Assembly: GCA_963801355.1 (NCBI GenBank)
Contig: CAWDEM010000008.1
Location: 832,001 to 896,000, forward strand
Origin: Ignavibacteriota bacterium
Lineage (GTDB): Bacteria; Bacteroidota; Ignavibacteria; UBA10030; UBA6906
Direction: 5' to 3'
Length of the DNA stretch: 64,000 bases
Shown: positions 44,664 through 54,636 of the stretch, piece by piece
Numbering within the stretch: the stretch's first letter is position 1
Layout: every line of letters begins with the position of its first letter
The notes under the pieces: model-generated
The model's input: only the letters and a program-made list of their open reading frames with translations
What the model was told of the DNA's origin: nothing
Database searches by the model: none
Position numbers and translations under genes: made by a program

Positions 44664-45458
44664 CTATCTCCAGGAACCGGGGCTCGGGTGCACGATATTC
44701 CAGATCTTCCGCAGGAATTGCATCGACCGCGACGAGTAGACCTCACGGTAGTGCAGCATCGACATCAGGCCGTACAGGTATGCCTCGCCGTTGTTGAGCA
44801 ACAATTCTTGAATCGCAGTGCACCGGTGAATAGCTGCATCACCGAATTCTATCACGAACACGGTAGACGGCAGCACATAGGAACGGATTGTTGCCCCTCC
44901 GGCATGCAAGTCATGCACAATCGTGTTCAATGCAGGAAAGACGATGTTCCCATCGTGGAAGACCATCACCCCGTCTTTCCGGAGAGCCTTGCGGCAGAAC
45001 GCATAGTCCGAGAGGGCGGCACGTTCGGTGTGTTCTCCGTCAATCAGGCAGAGGTCCGGCGCGAAGGGCAGGGATGCCGGATTCACTGCAGACGCATCGG
45101 CATCGATTGTAGTGATTTTGGAGACTGTATCGCCCGCGACGTTGCGGAGGAGTGCAAGCATGTGCTCTGTCGAGTTGTCTGGATAGGGCACGGCATCGAC
45201 GCGGTCATCCGCCACGGCATCCGGGCGCGCATCGATGGACACGATTCCGGCACACAGGGGATCCTGCAGGTGGGTTTGCAGGCTCCCCCCAAGATGCGAA
45301 CCGATTTCCAGATAGGTGTAGGACGGACGGAGATTTCGCATCCCCCACTGGATAGCCAGCAGGGAGCGTTTGTCGGCATCCGTGAGCTGAGCATCGATCG
45401 GCGAGAATATCGCGATATCCTGATTTCGCAGTGCGGTTTCGAGCTCTTCAGTGGTCAT
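44664..45458 (-). CDS. Class I SAM-dependent methyltransferase (Methyltransf_24-like)
   Basis: YLEIGSHLGGS, LIDGEHT, MVFHD. Confidence 0.8.
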   Translation of the reverse strand: MTTEELETALRNQDIAIFSPIDAQLTDADKRSLLAIQWGMRNLRPSYTYLEIGSHLGGSLQTHLQDPLCAGIVSIDARPDAVADDRVDAVPYPDNSTEHMLALLRNVAGDTVSKITTIDADASAVNPASLPFAPDLCLIDGEHTERAALSDYAFCRKALRKDGVMVFHDGNIVFPALNTIVHDLHAGGATIRSYVLPSTVFVIEFGDAAIHRCTAIQELLLNNGEAYLYGLMSMLHYREVYSSRSMQFLRKIWNIVHPSPGSWR

Positions 45459-47016
45459 GTGTCGAGCGTGTTTTGTGGGGGAACACATTGCGCAAGAAGC
45501 CCAGATCGTCGGCAGAAACGGCCCCGGTGAGCCAGATGGTGGCGGCGTAGGCCAACACAAACAGCAAGGATGCCGTGGCAAGCACAATGATACCCACGAG
45601 ACGGGAATCACCGGATGGGAGCCCGTCCCCCAGGGTCACGACAAGCACTCCGGCAAGGATGGCCGGTATGAGTGCAGCCAGAGGCCGGAGGAGTGTTACG
45701 CCGAGAAACTTGAACGGTGACACCATGACGCGCCGTGCATAGGCACGGAAGAACAGCACTCCGCCGATGATCATGGAGATTGTTGTGCCGGCGACTGCGC
45801 CCAGGAAGCCGTAGGCCTTGACGAGTGCCGTCGAGAGCATGATATTGATGATGGCCTGGACGAGCGTCGTTTGCATCTGGAACTGGGGTTCTCCTTTTCC
45901 GAGCGACACTAGTGAAAGCGCGCTCATCACCACAGAGACGAATGCGCCAATGGAGAGTCCTTGCATGGTGTAGGCGGCGTAGTCATTTCCCGGCCCGATC
46001 CAGAGGAGCATTGCGCGCCGGGCAAACAGAATACAGAGACAAAAGAGCGGCAGTGCCATCACCACCAGATAGCGGGTAGAGCGCACCACGGCGGCCTGGA
46101 TGCGGGCGTCATTGTCATTCGCATCGAGTGCGGACACGGCTGGAATGAGCGAAGATATAGCCGTGACGGGCAAGGTACGCAGGCGGTTGAGCGGGCGGGA
46201 GCCGTAGTCGTACATTGCCGTCGCCGAGAGTCCGATGTACTTCGTCAGCAGCAGCTTGTCATAGCTCATCTGCACGATATCGGCAATGCGGCTGACCTGG
46301 AGGCGCAAGCCGAATTTGAGCAGCGTTTGCATCAACGGCTTGTCAAACCCGTCCCATGTCAACGTCAAACCGGGCGCACATCCCCGTGCAAGAAAAAACA
46401 CCACGGGGATGCTCAGGGCTGTCGCGAGAAGATCCGCAATGAACATTCCGGTGACGCCGTAGCCCGCGGCGAGCGCGGCATAGGTGAAGGCGAACTTCGC
46501 AATGAGCAATCCGGCGAACTGCATGTTGAATGCATCCATCCTCTGCACGGCGGCGAGGACACTCCCGTAGACGCCCGCAACGCTCGTCACCGCAAACACC
46601 GCGACCGACAGGAAAAGCGCCGACCGGGCGGTACTCCAATCCGCATCCCCGATATTCAACACGCCAAACAACCAGGGGTAGGCTGCGAGGCTGATGACCA
46701 TCATGGCGCATGCCACCAGCATGTAGAACAGGAGGCCGTGTGAAACAACGCGATTGGCGCTCTTGAGATCACCCAGGGTCACATACCGTGCAATGTACGT
46801 GACAAACGAGGTGCTGAGGCCAAGGTCGGCGAGTCCGATGTAGCCCGTAATCGCCAGCACAGCGGTCCAGAGTCCGTATTGCTCTTTCCCGAGATAGCCT
46901 GTCGCCATCGGGACCAGCACGATCATGTACAGCGCCGACACGAGGAAGCCCGCGATATTGAACAGGCCGCTCCGCACGACGGCACGTGAGGATGAAAGCT
47001 GATCGGAGGAGATCAT
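45448..47016 (-). CDS. wzx: Wzx-type polysaccharide flippase
   Basis: About 14 TM segments, YLGKEQYGLW, ADLGL, DKLLL...YDYG. Located inside the GT cluster. Confidence 0.8.
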   Translation of the reverse strand: MISSDQLSSSRAVVRSGLFNIAGFLVSALYMIVLVPMATGYLGKEQYGLWTAVLAITGYIGLADLGLSTSFVTYIARYVTLGDLKSANRVVSHGLLFYMLVACAMMVISLAAYPWLFGVLNIGDADWSTARSALFLSVAVFAVTSVAGVYGSVLAAVQRMDAFNMQFAGLLIAKFAFTYAALAAGYGVTGMFIADLLATALSIPVVFFLARGCAPGLTLTWDGFDKPLMQTLLKFGLRLQVSRIADIVQMSYDKLLLTKYIGLSATAMYDYGSRPLNRLRTLPVTAISSLIPAVSALDANDNDARIQAAVVRSTRYLVVMALPLFCLCILFARRAMLLWIGPGNDYAAYTMQGLSIGAFVSVVMSALSLVSLGKGEPQFQMQTTLVQAIINIMLSTALVKAYGFLGAVAGTTISMIIGGVLFFRAYARRVMVSPFKFLGVTLLRPLAALIPAILAGVLVVTLGDGLPSGDSRLVGIIVLATASLLFVLAYAATIWLTGAVSADDLGFLRNVFPHKTRSTHDH

Positions 47017-47684
47017 TGGTCCACCTCCGCCACAGCGTAGAGCCGGAAGTAGAATGCCGGGGGGATGATGTACAGGCGGCCGAGGACTCTTCCCACGAAG
47101 CGGACCGGAGCGCCCGGAAAGAGTGCCAGGGGATTCAGGCCGTCCCCCTTCCACACGCGAACGCGGGGGAATATGGGGGCAAGCAGTTCCTCCAGCGTGG
47201 ACCGGGTAAAGAAGTTCCGGTGATCCAGGTCGGCGAAGTGCTCGTAGAGCAGGTTCGCTTGTTGCAGGGGCACGATGTCGCCGCTGTGCGGAGTGGTGAT
47301 CAACACATTCTTCCGGGCGATACGCCGGGCTTCGCGGAGAAGCGGCGCTGGATCTTCCGCGTGTTCGAGCACTTCGAAAAGCAGCACGGTGTCCACGCTT
47401 GCATCGTCGAAAGGCACGTAGTCAACTACCAGCCGGGCGTCGACCCCGCGATCGCGTGCAATCCGGACATACTCCGGGTGAATGTCTGCCCCGGCCATGG
47501 AGTACCCGAGTGCCGCCAGGTGCAGGCAGTAATTTCCGGTTGCGCAGCCGAGATCCAGAATGGACTTGCCGGCATACTTGCGCACGAAACGGATGTGAGG
47601 CCGGGAAACAGTATCGGGGGGGTATGCGGTATAGAGGTTCCGCGTGTCCCGGAAGACGCCGTCATGGATATCGCGGCCGATCAT
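47013..47684 (-). CDS. Class I SAM-dependent methyltransferase (Methyltransf_11-like)
   Basis: ILDLGCATG, PFDDASVD, FEVLEH. Confidence 0.85.
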   Translation of the reverse strand: MIGRDIHDGVFRDTRNLYTAYPPDTVSRPHIRFVRKYAGKSILDLGCATGNYCLHLAALGYSMAGADIHPEYVRIARDRGVDARLVVDYVPFDDASVDTVLLFEVLEHAEDPAPLLREARRIARKNVLITTPHSGDIVPLQQANLLYEHFADLDHRNFFTRSTLEELLAPIFPRVRVWKGDGLNPLALFPGAPVRFVGRVLGRLYIIPPAFYFRLYAVAEVDQ

Positions 47685-48559
47685 CACTGACCGTCCTCCT
47701 CGGCCGGCCGGAACAGTCTGAGCGCAATAGCACTGCGTGTCAGCAGGAGAAGGCGCACGGCAAGCACCGGCGTGAGGATCCACTGCGCGATCGGGCCCCT
47801 GTGCGCACGAAAGTACTCGATGATGTTTCTGTACATTTCGAGACGGATGACCGGAGGAGCCGAACGGGTTGTCATGCTCCCGTAGTGAATGATCTCTGTG
47901 TCCGCAACGTAATATATTTTCCACCCCCGGGCGCGGATCCTCTCGCACAGATCCACGTCGTTATACAGGATGGAGTACCGTGTATTGAATCCGTCCAGCT
48001 CATCGAGCAGCCGCCGGCGGACCATCAGGCAGGTTGCCGCGGGCTGATCCACTGCCTGGGTCCTGTAAAAATCGAAACCCTTCATCGAATACCGCCGTGC
48101 AAGCCAGTGCAGAGAAAGGTAGGTTGCCAGGGCGTCACGCAGACGCGGGAAGCGGCGGCAGGACATTTGAGGGGTGCGATCGGGGTTCAGCAACCGGCAA
48201 CTCGCCGCCCCTGCGTCCGGGTGTGCATCAAGAAAACCAGCCAGCGTCTGCACCGTGCCCGCCTGCACTATCGTATCGCTCCCGAGAAAGAGGACGTTCC
48301 TACCGCGCGCGAGCGCGATCCCCTGATTATTGGCGCGCGCAAACCCGAGGTTCTCTATGTTGCGGATGAGCCGCACCCCGGGATACCTCTCTCCCACCAG
48401 TGCCGGACTGCCGTCAGTGGACCCGTTGTCGATCACCAGTGTCTCTATGTCCGGCGGGGGGGCATGGCGCACGATGGCATCGAGCGTTCCATCCAACAGT
48501 TCGCAGGTGTTCCAGTTTGTAATGATGATGGAAACGGCGGTTTCCGGAGGAGTGGTCAT
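47684..48559 (-). CDS. Glycosyltransferase family 2
   Basis: IDNGSTDGS, NLGFARANN, LYNDVDLC. Confidence 0.9.
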   Translation of the reverse strand: MTTPPETAVSIIITNWNTCELLDGTLDAIVRHAPPPDIETLVIDNGSTDGSPALVGERYPGVRLIRNIENLGFARANNQGIALARGRNVLFLGSDTIVQAGTVQTLAGFLDAHPDAGAASCRLLNPDRTPQMSCRRFPRLRDALATYLSLHWLARRYSMKGFDFYRTQAVDQPAATCLMVRRRLLDELDGFNTRYSILYNDVDLCERIRARGWKIYYVADTEIIHYGSMTTRSAPPVIRLEMYRNIIEYFRAHRGPIAQWILTPVLAVRLLLLTRSAIALRLFRPAEEDGQ

Positions 48560-49860
48560 TCCTGCGGCCGGGGCTTTACTTTGATGAGTCGAATCCGTCG
48601 TTGGCTCTTGCGGATGACGGTAAATTGCCACCGACCGATGACAAGTTCTTCGTTCAACTCCGGAATACGCCCTGCCTGCTTGCAGAGGTAGCCGTTCATC
48701 GTTTCATAGTCCACACTTTCAGGGAGCGAGGCCTTGAACCGTTCGTTGAAATCGCCGATGGACACGTGCGCGTCCACAAGGGTGCTCCCGTCGGCGGCCT
48801 GCACGAATTCGCGCAGCTCCTCGTCATACTCATCATGGATTTCGCCCACGATCTCTTCCAGGATATCCTCCATGGTAACGATCCCTTCGGTGCCGCCGAA
48901 TTCGTCGGTCACAACCGCCATGTGGAGTTTCCGTTGCTGCAGTTCCTGCATCAAGACGCTGATCTTCATCGAGTCGGGCACGAAGTACGCGGGACGGAGG
49001 ATATCGTGCAGGATAATCGTGTTCCCGTACTCGAGCAGGCTGAGGAGGTCCTTCGTGAAGATGATGCCGATAATATGGTCAATGGTATCGCGGTACACCG
49101 GCACGCGGGAATACCCTTCTTCGAGAACCACCTTGACCAGTTTGTTGCGCGACATGGTCACATCCACAGCCATCACATCCGTCCGCGGCACCATGACTTC
49201 CTTCGCCGTCGTTTCGGTGAACTCGAAGATGCTCTTGATCAGCCGTTGTTCTGTGGTATCGATCACGCCCGACTTCGTGCCCTCGTCGAGCATCAACTTG
49301 AACTCTTCTTCGGACATGCGTGACTCAGTGAAGGTCGTACTGTCCTTGAACGGGCGCAGTACGAGGTTGCTGGCGAATGCCAGGAGCCGTGCGGGGTAGA
49401 GGAAGAGTGAGCGGAACACGGACATGGGGGAAGCCAGCTTGAGGGCAACCTGCTCCGCCGAGCGGAGTGCGAGGGATTTGGGCACCAGCTCGCCGAACAC
49501 CACCACGAGCCCGCCGATGGTCACCGCGGTAATTGCAAGTGCAACCCAGGCGCTCGCCCTGTGCAGCCATTCGATGGAGCTCCGCTCGAAGGCCGGTGAG
49601 AGCTGTTCCACGCCGATGATTCCCCCCAGACCCGATGCGACAATCAGCGTGAATATCACGCCGACGTGTACGGTGGCGAGAAAGTACTCGGGATCCTGCT
49701 GGAAGGAGAGGATGATGGCGGCCCGGCGGTCACCTGCGTCGGCAAGTTCCCGCATGCGGCTTTTGCGGCTTGAAAGGACCGCCACCTCGGCGGCGGAGAA
49801 GAAACCGACAAGGAGGATCATGAACAGCACACCGAGTATCTCGAGCCAGAAGGTCTCCAT
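48556..49860 (-). CDS. Hemolysin/CNNM-CBS-CorC family Mg/Co transporter
   Basis: GFFSAAEVA, FGELVPKSLA, EVMVPRTD, GYSRVPVY, DEFGGTEGIVTMEDILEEIVGEIHDEYD. Confidence 0.92.
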   Translation of the reverse strand: METFWLEILGVLFMILLVGFFSAAEVAVLSSRKSRMRELADAGDRRAAIILSFQQDPEYFLATVHVGVIFTLIVASGLGGIIGVEQLSPAFERSSIEWLHRASAWVALAITAVTIGGLVVVFGELVPKSLALRSAEQVALKLASPMSVFRSLFLYPARLLAFASNLVLRPFKDSTTFTESRMSEEEFKLMLDEGTKSGVIDTTEQRLIKSIFEFTETTAKEVMVPRTDVMAVDVTMSRNKLVKVVLEEGYSRVPVYRDTIDHIIGIIFTKDLLSLLEYGNTIILHDILRPAYFVPDSMKISVLMQELQQRKLHMAVVTDEFGGTEGIVTMEDILEEIVGEIHDEYDEELREFVQAADGSTLVDAHVSIGDFNERFKASLPESVDYETMNGYLCKQAGRIPELNEELVIGRWQFTVIRKSQRRIRLIKVKPRPQE

Positions 49861-49899
49861 AATGGATGTCGCTTGGCAACGCGACTGCCTTTCCCTCGC

Positions 49900-50412
49900 T
49901 TAGCGGGCCTGGCGCAGGAACTCCAGCCGGGGTTTGAGCCTATCGGTGGACATGAGCAGCCGGTCTTTTCCGAATATCGCATCCTCGGTGTTGAGGAATG
50001 TCAGCTCGTACTCATCGCTCATGATGATGGCCTCTTCCGGGCAGACTTCTTCACAGAAGCCGCAGAAGATGCAGCGCAGCATGTTGATCTCGAACCTCAC
50101 CGGATACCGTTCCTTAGGAAGGTCGGTCTCTGCGGCCTGCACTTCGATGGCCAATGCCGGGCAGACCCGTGCACAGAGGCCGCAAGCCACGCAGCGCTCG
50201 ACCCCCTGTTCTTCCACCAGCACCGGGCGTCCGCGGAACGAAGCGGGCGGATTCCACCGTTCCTCGGGGTATTGCCGGGTGAACTTCGGGCGGAACACCT
50301 GCTTCAGTGTCAGCATCATCCCTTTGAAGATCTCGGGAATGTATGAGCGCTGGAGCAGCGTCAGATCCTTATACCGGATTTGCCGGGTCTTCTGCGTGTC
50401 AGTCTTGGCCAT
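49900..50412 (-). CDS. nuoI: NADH-quinone oxidoreductase subunit I
   Basis: [29 protein letters not shown]. Confidence 0.95.
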   Translation of the reverse strand: MAKTDTQKTRQIRYKDLTLLQRSYIPEIFKGMMLTLKQVFRPKFTRQYPEERWNPPASFRGRPVLVEEQGVERCVACGLCARVCPALAIEVQAAETDLPKERYPVRFEINMLRCIFCGFCEEVCPEEAIIMSDEYELTFLNTEDAIFGKDRLLMSTDRLKPRLEFLRQAR

Positions 50413-50462
50413 AATGCGAACGGTCTTTCAGATACTCTCGCGGTGTTTCGGTCAACACCAGC

Positions 50463-51485
50463 CTATCGTCCCAGGATGAGCAACCACGCGGCCGTCAGCA
50501 CCAGATTCAGCACCGCCAGGGGGAGCATCACCTTCCAGCCCAGGTTCATGAGTTGGTCATACCGGAACCGGGGGATTGTCCACCGGATCCACATATAGAA
50601 CAGGATCATCGCGCCGACTTTCACGACGAATGTCAGCACCTGCAGGATACTCGTGAGCAGCGGCGACAGGCCGAATGTCTGGAGGTACGGAAACTGCCAT
50701 CCTCCCAGGAACAGCGTCACGATGATTGCGCTGGAGGTAATCATGTTCGCATATTCCGCAAGGAAGAATGTTCCGAACTTCATACCGCTATATTCCGTGT
50801 GGTACCCGCCGACAAGCTCGGGTTCTGCTTCCGGGAGATCGAAGGGGAGGCGGTTGGTCTCTGCAAACGATGCCACGAGGAACGTGATGAATCCGATCGG
50901 CGTCAAGAACGCATTCCACGCAAAGCCCGCCTGCAGTTCCACGATCCGGTCAAGCTCGAGCGTCCCGGCGACCATGATCACGCCCACGACCGACAGGCCC
51001 ATGGACAGTTCATAGCTTATCATTTGTGCTGACGACCGCAATCCTCCGAGCAGCGAATACTTGCTATTCGACGACCAACCGCTCAATGTGACGCCGTACA
51101 CGCCCATCGAGGTAAGGGCCAGAATGTAGAGGATGCCGATGTTCACGTCCGCAATGAGCAGCTTGATCTCACGGCCGAACAGCGTGATGGTGTCGCCGAA
51201 GGGGACCACAGCAAACGTGCTCAGGGCCACAGTAATGGAGATAATCGGGGCAAGCGAATGGATGACATGGTTGGCGGTCGTCGGAACGATGTCTTCCTTG
51301 ATAAACAGCTTCACCACGTCAGCAGGAGCCTGCAGAAGTCCCCATGGACCCGTCCGGTTCGGGCCGATTCTGTTCTGGATGAACGCACTCACCTTGCGTT
51401 CCATGTAGACGAGATTGGCCACGGTAGTCAGGATCACCAGGAGGACGATAGCGATCTTGAGGAGCGAGATGATGACAAATTCCAT
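50463..51485 (-). CDS. nuoH: NADH-quinone oxidoreductase subunit H
   Basis: ERKVSAFIQNRIGPNR, GGLRSSAQMISYE, NRLPFDLPEAE, RFRYDQLM. Confidence 0.97.
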   Translation of the reverse strand: MEFVIISLLKIAIVLLVILTTVANLVYMERKVSAFIQNRIGPNRTGPWGLLQAPADVVKLFIKEDIVPTTANHVIHSLAPIISITVALSTFAVVPFGDTITLFGREIKLLIADVNIGILYILALTSMGVYGVTLSGWSSNSKYSLLGGLRSSAQMISYELSMGLSVVGVIMVAGTLELDRIVELQAGFAWNAFLTPIGFITFLVASFAETNRLPFDLPEAEPELVGGYHTEYSGMKFGTFFLAEYANMITSSAIIVTLFLGGWQFPYLQTFGLSPLLTSILQVLTFVVKVGAMILFYMWIRWTIPRFRYDQLMNLGWKVMLPLAVLNLVLTAAWLLILGR

Positions 51486-51512
51486 TCAGATGTTCCTTGC
51501 GAAAGAGCCGGG

Positions 51513-53219
51513 TCAGGAGCGCACAGTTGATATGCTGGGGGTATTCAGCAGAGCTCCCGAGGTGCCGATAGTCCGGAACTCCATGCCGCGGAATGCCGGC
51601 AGGTTGGAGGCGAGTTCATGGAAAACATCTTCGGCGGACTGGTACTTGTATTTGAACCCCATCACCGAAGCGATTCCCGCGATGATTTTCCATGTGGGCC
51701 TGGCATCGCGTTTCTGGCCCTTGCCCCAGCGATCGAATGTGGTGCCTGCCCGGTCAAGACGGCTCATGGCAAATCCCTCGAGCGAGCGATCGATGTCCAG
51801 GGTCGCCACGGACGGCCGGATGCGCTGCACGCGGCCCTGGAAGTTTGTATAGGTTCCGTTCCGTTCGGCGAACGTCGACGCGGCAAAGACCAGATCCGCC
51901 TGGCGTGTGGTTTCATTCTCCGTGAATGCGTGCACAACAATGAAATCCAGCTTGCCCAGCACTGCAGCGACCTCCGCAATGGCAGAGACATCTTCTTCCA
52001 CAACATAGAGCGCACGGATTTGTCCTTCCTGGATCCGTTGCACCAGGGCGTCCAGGGCTGTGCGGTCGTACGACTCGACCAGGCCGAGTGACAGCAGGCC
52101 GCGTGCATTCGGTGCTTTGTCCGAACGTATCAGCAGTTCATCTTCATCACCGGGGACCATGTGCGGCACGGTGGCGACGTATTTCGTTCCGAGGACATCG
52201 CGCGCAAACTTCTGCAGGAGATAGAGGTCTTCATTGGTCGCGCAGGGGGAGGCGATGACGCCGACTTCGTTCTTCTGGAAGGAAGGGAATTCCGACGCCG
52301 CGCGGGCAATCGCCTCATCCCACGCTACCTCCACCAGCTCCCCTTCCCTGCGGCTGAGTGGAAACCGTATGCGGTTATCAGCGTTCACCGGAGGGAACGT
52401 ATGGAGTCTGCCGTAGTCGCACATCCAGTGGTCGTTCACCGCCGGGTTATACCGGGGGGTCTGGCGCAGGATTTCGTTGTTCCGCACCCAGGTGTAGATA
52501 TTGCAGCCACGTGCACAGCCCGGACAAATTGTCTCCGTAGCCGACATCTCCCAGACCCGCGCGTGAAAGCGGAATTCCCTGCTGGTCAACGCGCCCACGG
52601 GACAGATGTCAATCACATTCATGGAGTACGGGTTATCCAGCGGTTCGCCGGGAAAGGTGGTCAGCACAACGTGATCGCCCCGATTGGTGAAGGTCAACTG
52701 CGGCGTATGCGCGATCTCGTCGCAGAAACGCACGCACCGGGAACACATGATGCAGCGCTCCACATCAAGCATCACATGCGGGCCGAGGGCGACACGCTTC
52801 GGCTTGTGCACCTTATCTTCGTCGAAACGGCTGTATCCGATGCTGTGCGCGTACGCGTAGTCCTGCAGTTTGCATTCCCCCGCTTCGTCGCAGATGGGAC
52901 AATCCAGCGGATGGTTGATGAGCAGGAATTCCATGACGGCTTTCCGCGCCGCGAGAACGCGTTCAGAAGCGGTATGCACCACCATGCCCTGGGTTACCTG
53001 CGTCGAGCAGGCGATGACGAGTTTTGGCGACCGTTCGACTTCCACGAGGCACATGCGGCAATTGCCCGACACCGAGAGTCTCGGGTGCCAGCAAAAATGT
53101 GGAATGTCAATCCCGTTCTCCCGGGCAACCTCGATGATGGTGCGCCCCTCCTGTGCCTCGAGCGACTTGCCGTCGATGGTGAAAGTGATCATATCACGCG
53201 TTTTCCAGTGCTCGGACAT
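51513..53219 (-). CDS. nuoG: NADH-quinone oxidoreductase subunit G (compact form)
   Basis: IPHFCWH..GNCRMCLVE, NHPLDCPICDEAGECKLQ, RCIMCSRCVRFC..CPVGAL, N7-type CPGCARGC..C. Confidence 0.92.
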   Translation of the reverse strand: MSEHWKTRDMITFTIDGKSLEAQEGRTIIEVARENGIDIPHFCWHPRLSVSGNCRMCLVEVERSPKLVIACSTQVTQGMVVHTASERVLAARKAVMEFLLINHPLDCPICDEAGECKLQDYAYAHSIGYSRFDEDKVHKPKRVALGPHVMLDVERCIMCSRCVRFCDEIAHTPQLTFTNRGDHVVLTTFPGEPLDNPYSMNVIDICPVGALTSREFRFHARVWEMSATETICPGCARGCNIYTWVRNNEILRQTPRYNPAVNDHWMCDYGRLHTFPPVNADNRIRFPLSRREGELVEVAWDEAIARAASEFPSFQKNEVGVIASPCATNEDLYLLQKFARDVLGTKYVATVPHMVPGDEDELLIRSDKAPNARGLLSLGLVESYDRTALDALVQRIQEGQIRALYVVEEDVSAIAEVAAVLGKLDFIVVHAFTENETTRQADLVFAASTFAERNGTYTNFQGRVQRIRPSVATLDIDRSLEGFAMSRLDRAGTTFDRWGKGQKRDARPTWKIIAGIASVMGFKYKYQSAEDVFHELASNLPAFRGMEFRTIGTSGALLNTPSISTVRS

Positions 53220-54630
53220 AGTTCACATGGAAGCTCTTCAGACGTTCAACGAGGCTTTCGATCTGGTCGCGGGGAGGAAGGAACGTGGTACGGAAGTGAA
53301 ACGTTCCAGCCCGCTGGCCGAAACCCGATCCAGGCACCACGCAGATCCCTGTCTGCTCCAGCAGGGCCAGGCAATACTCATTGTCGCGCCCCGCTTCATA
53401 CTCCTGCCGCTCGGCGTGGGGCATCCTATAGACATTGACTCCCTCTTCTTCCGGCAGATCGAAGCGCACGAACGCGTACATCGCTCCCTGGGGAACATCC
53501 ATTGACATGCCCGGGATTGCATTTACGCCGGCGGCGAGGATCTCGGCCTTTGCTTTCAAATCAGCCAGTATCGCATCGCGTTCGCGGATATACGTGGCGT
53601 GGCTCTCATCCCCGGGTTGCGGCGGCGCCACCATCAAATATGTGGCAAACTGACCGCTGACGTTTGCACAGAGACTGATAGATTGCAATTTGATGAATTC
53701 GGCCAGGACATCATCCGGGATGTTCCGGAGCTCCAGATACCCGCCCCGGTGTCCGCACTCACCCAGAAAACCCTTCGACACAGAATGAAGACTGAACAGA
53801 GAGACGCCGGTCTCCTGCATCTCCGCCATCACAAGCGCAAAGGAATTGAAGCGAAGTGCCTTGTCGTACACATTTTCCTGGTAGACCTCGTCGGCAATGA
53901 TCGACAGGCCATGGGCGCGGGCAAAACGGACGATCATTTCAACGTTGTCACGGCTCAGCACGGCACCTGTGGGATTTCCCGGGTTGATTACGACGATGCC
54001 TTTCGGCCTGATGCCCTGCGCGAGGGCGCGCTCAATGCTCTCCGTCAGGATATCGTGGTTCAGCTGCCAGCGGTTCTCTTCATCAAGGTAGTACCCGATT
54101 TGTGCTCCGCCATACAGGGCCAGGGTTGCGCTGTAGAGCGGGTACTGCGGAATCGGAATCATGACCCCATCAGTCGGGGCTGTCAACCACGAGAGCAGCA
54201 CCGACTGGACGCCTTTGCTCGCGCCGTCAGTAAGGATAATGTGCTCTTTGTCGGTGGGAATTCCGTCGCGGCGCGCGATGAAGTCAGCCACCGCCTGACG
54301 GATGAACGGGATGCCCGGGCTCTGCGTGTATGCGCCGGTGCCGTGGGGGTGCTTCTTGAGGATATCCCGTACACGCGCAACGATATCCCGCGGATAGGAC
54401 GAAACGACCGAAGGAATCTCAAGCAGTTCGGGGTTTTCCAGCAGGCTCAAAGCCTGCCGCAGGTACCGGAGGGGGCGCTGATTGAGGGCCTGAGGGTTGC
54501 CGATGTTGCAGTAGATGATCTTCCTGCCCTGTGTTTCGAGTTCCTGGGCGCGCTGCACAATAGGTCCACGGACGGCATATTCCGCCTCCAGGACGTTTCG
54601 GTTCATGTCGTGAAGGGTAAGCATCGTCAT
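53194..54630 (-). CDS. Alanine aminotransferase, eukaryote-like (class I/II PLP)
   Basis: EYAVRGPIV, CNIGNPQ, PIPQYPLYSA, INPGNPTG, ADEVYQENVY, HSVSKGFLGECGHRGGY, GICVVPGSGFGQ..TFHFRTTFLP. Confidence 0.88.
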   Translation of the reverse strand: MTMLTLHDMNRNVLEAEYAVRGPIVQRAQELETQGRKIIYCNIGNPQALNQRPLRYLRQALSLLENPELLEIPSVVSSYPRDIVARVRDILKKHPHGTGAYTQSPGIPFIRQAVADFIARRDGIPTDKEHIILTDGASKGVQSVLLSWLTAPTDGVMIPIPQYPLYSATLALYGGAQIGYYLDEENRWQLNHDILTESIERALAQGIRPKGIVVINPGNPTGAVLSRDNVEMIVRFARAHGLSIIADEVYQENVYDKALRFNSFALVMAEMQETGVSLFSLHSVSKGFLGECGHRGGYLELRNIPDDVLAEFIKLQSISLCANVSGQFATYLMVAPPQPGDESHATYIRERDAILADLKAKAEILAAGVNAIPGMSMDVPQGAMYAFVRFDLPEEEGVNVYRMPHAERQEYEAGRDNEYCLALLEQTGICVVPGSGFGQRAGTFHFRTTFLPPRDQIESLVERLKSFHVNYVRALENA

Positions 54631-54636
54631 GCAGGT

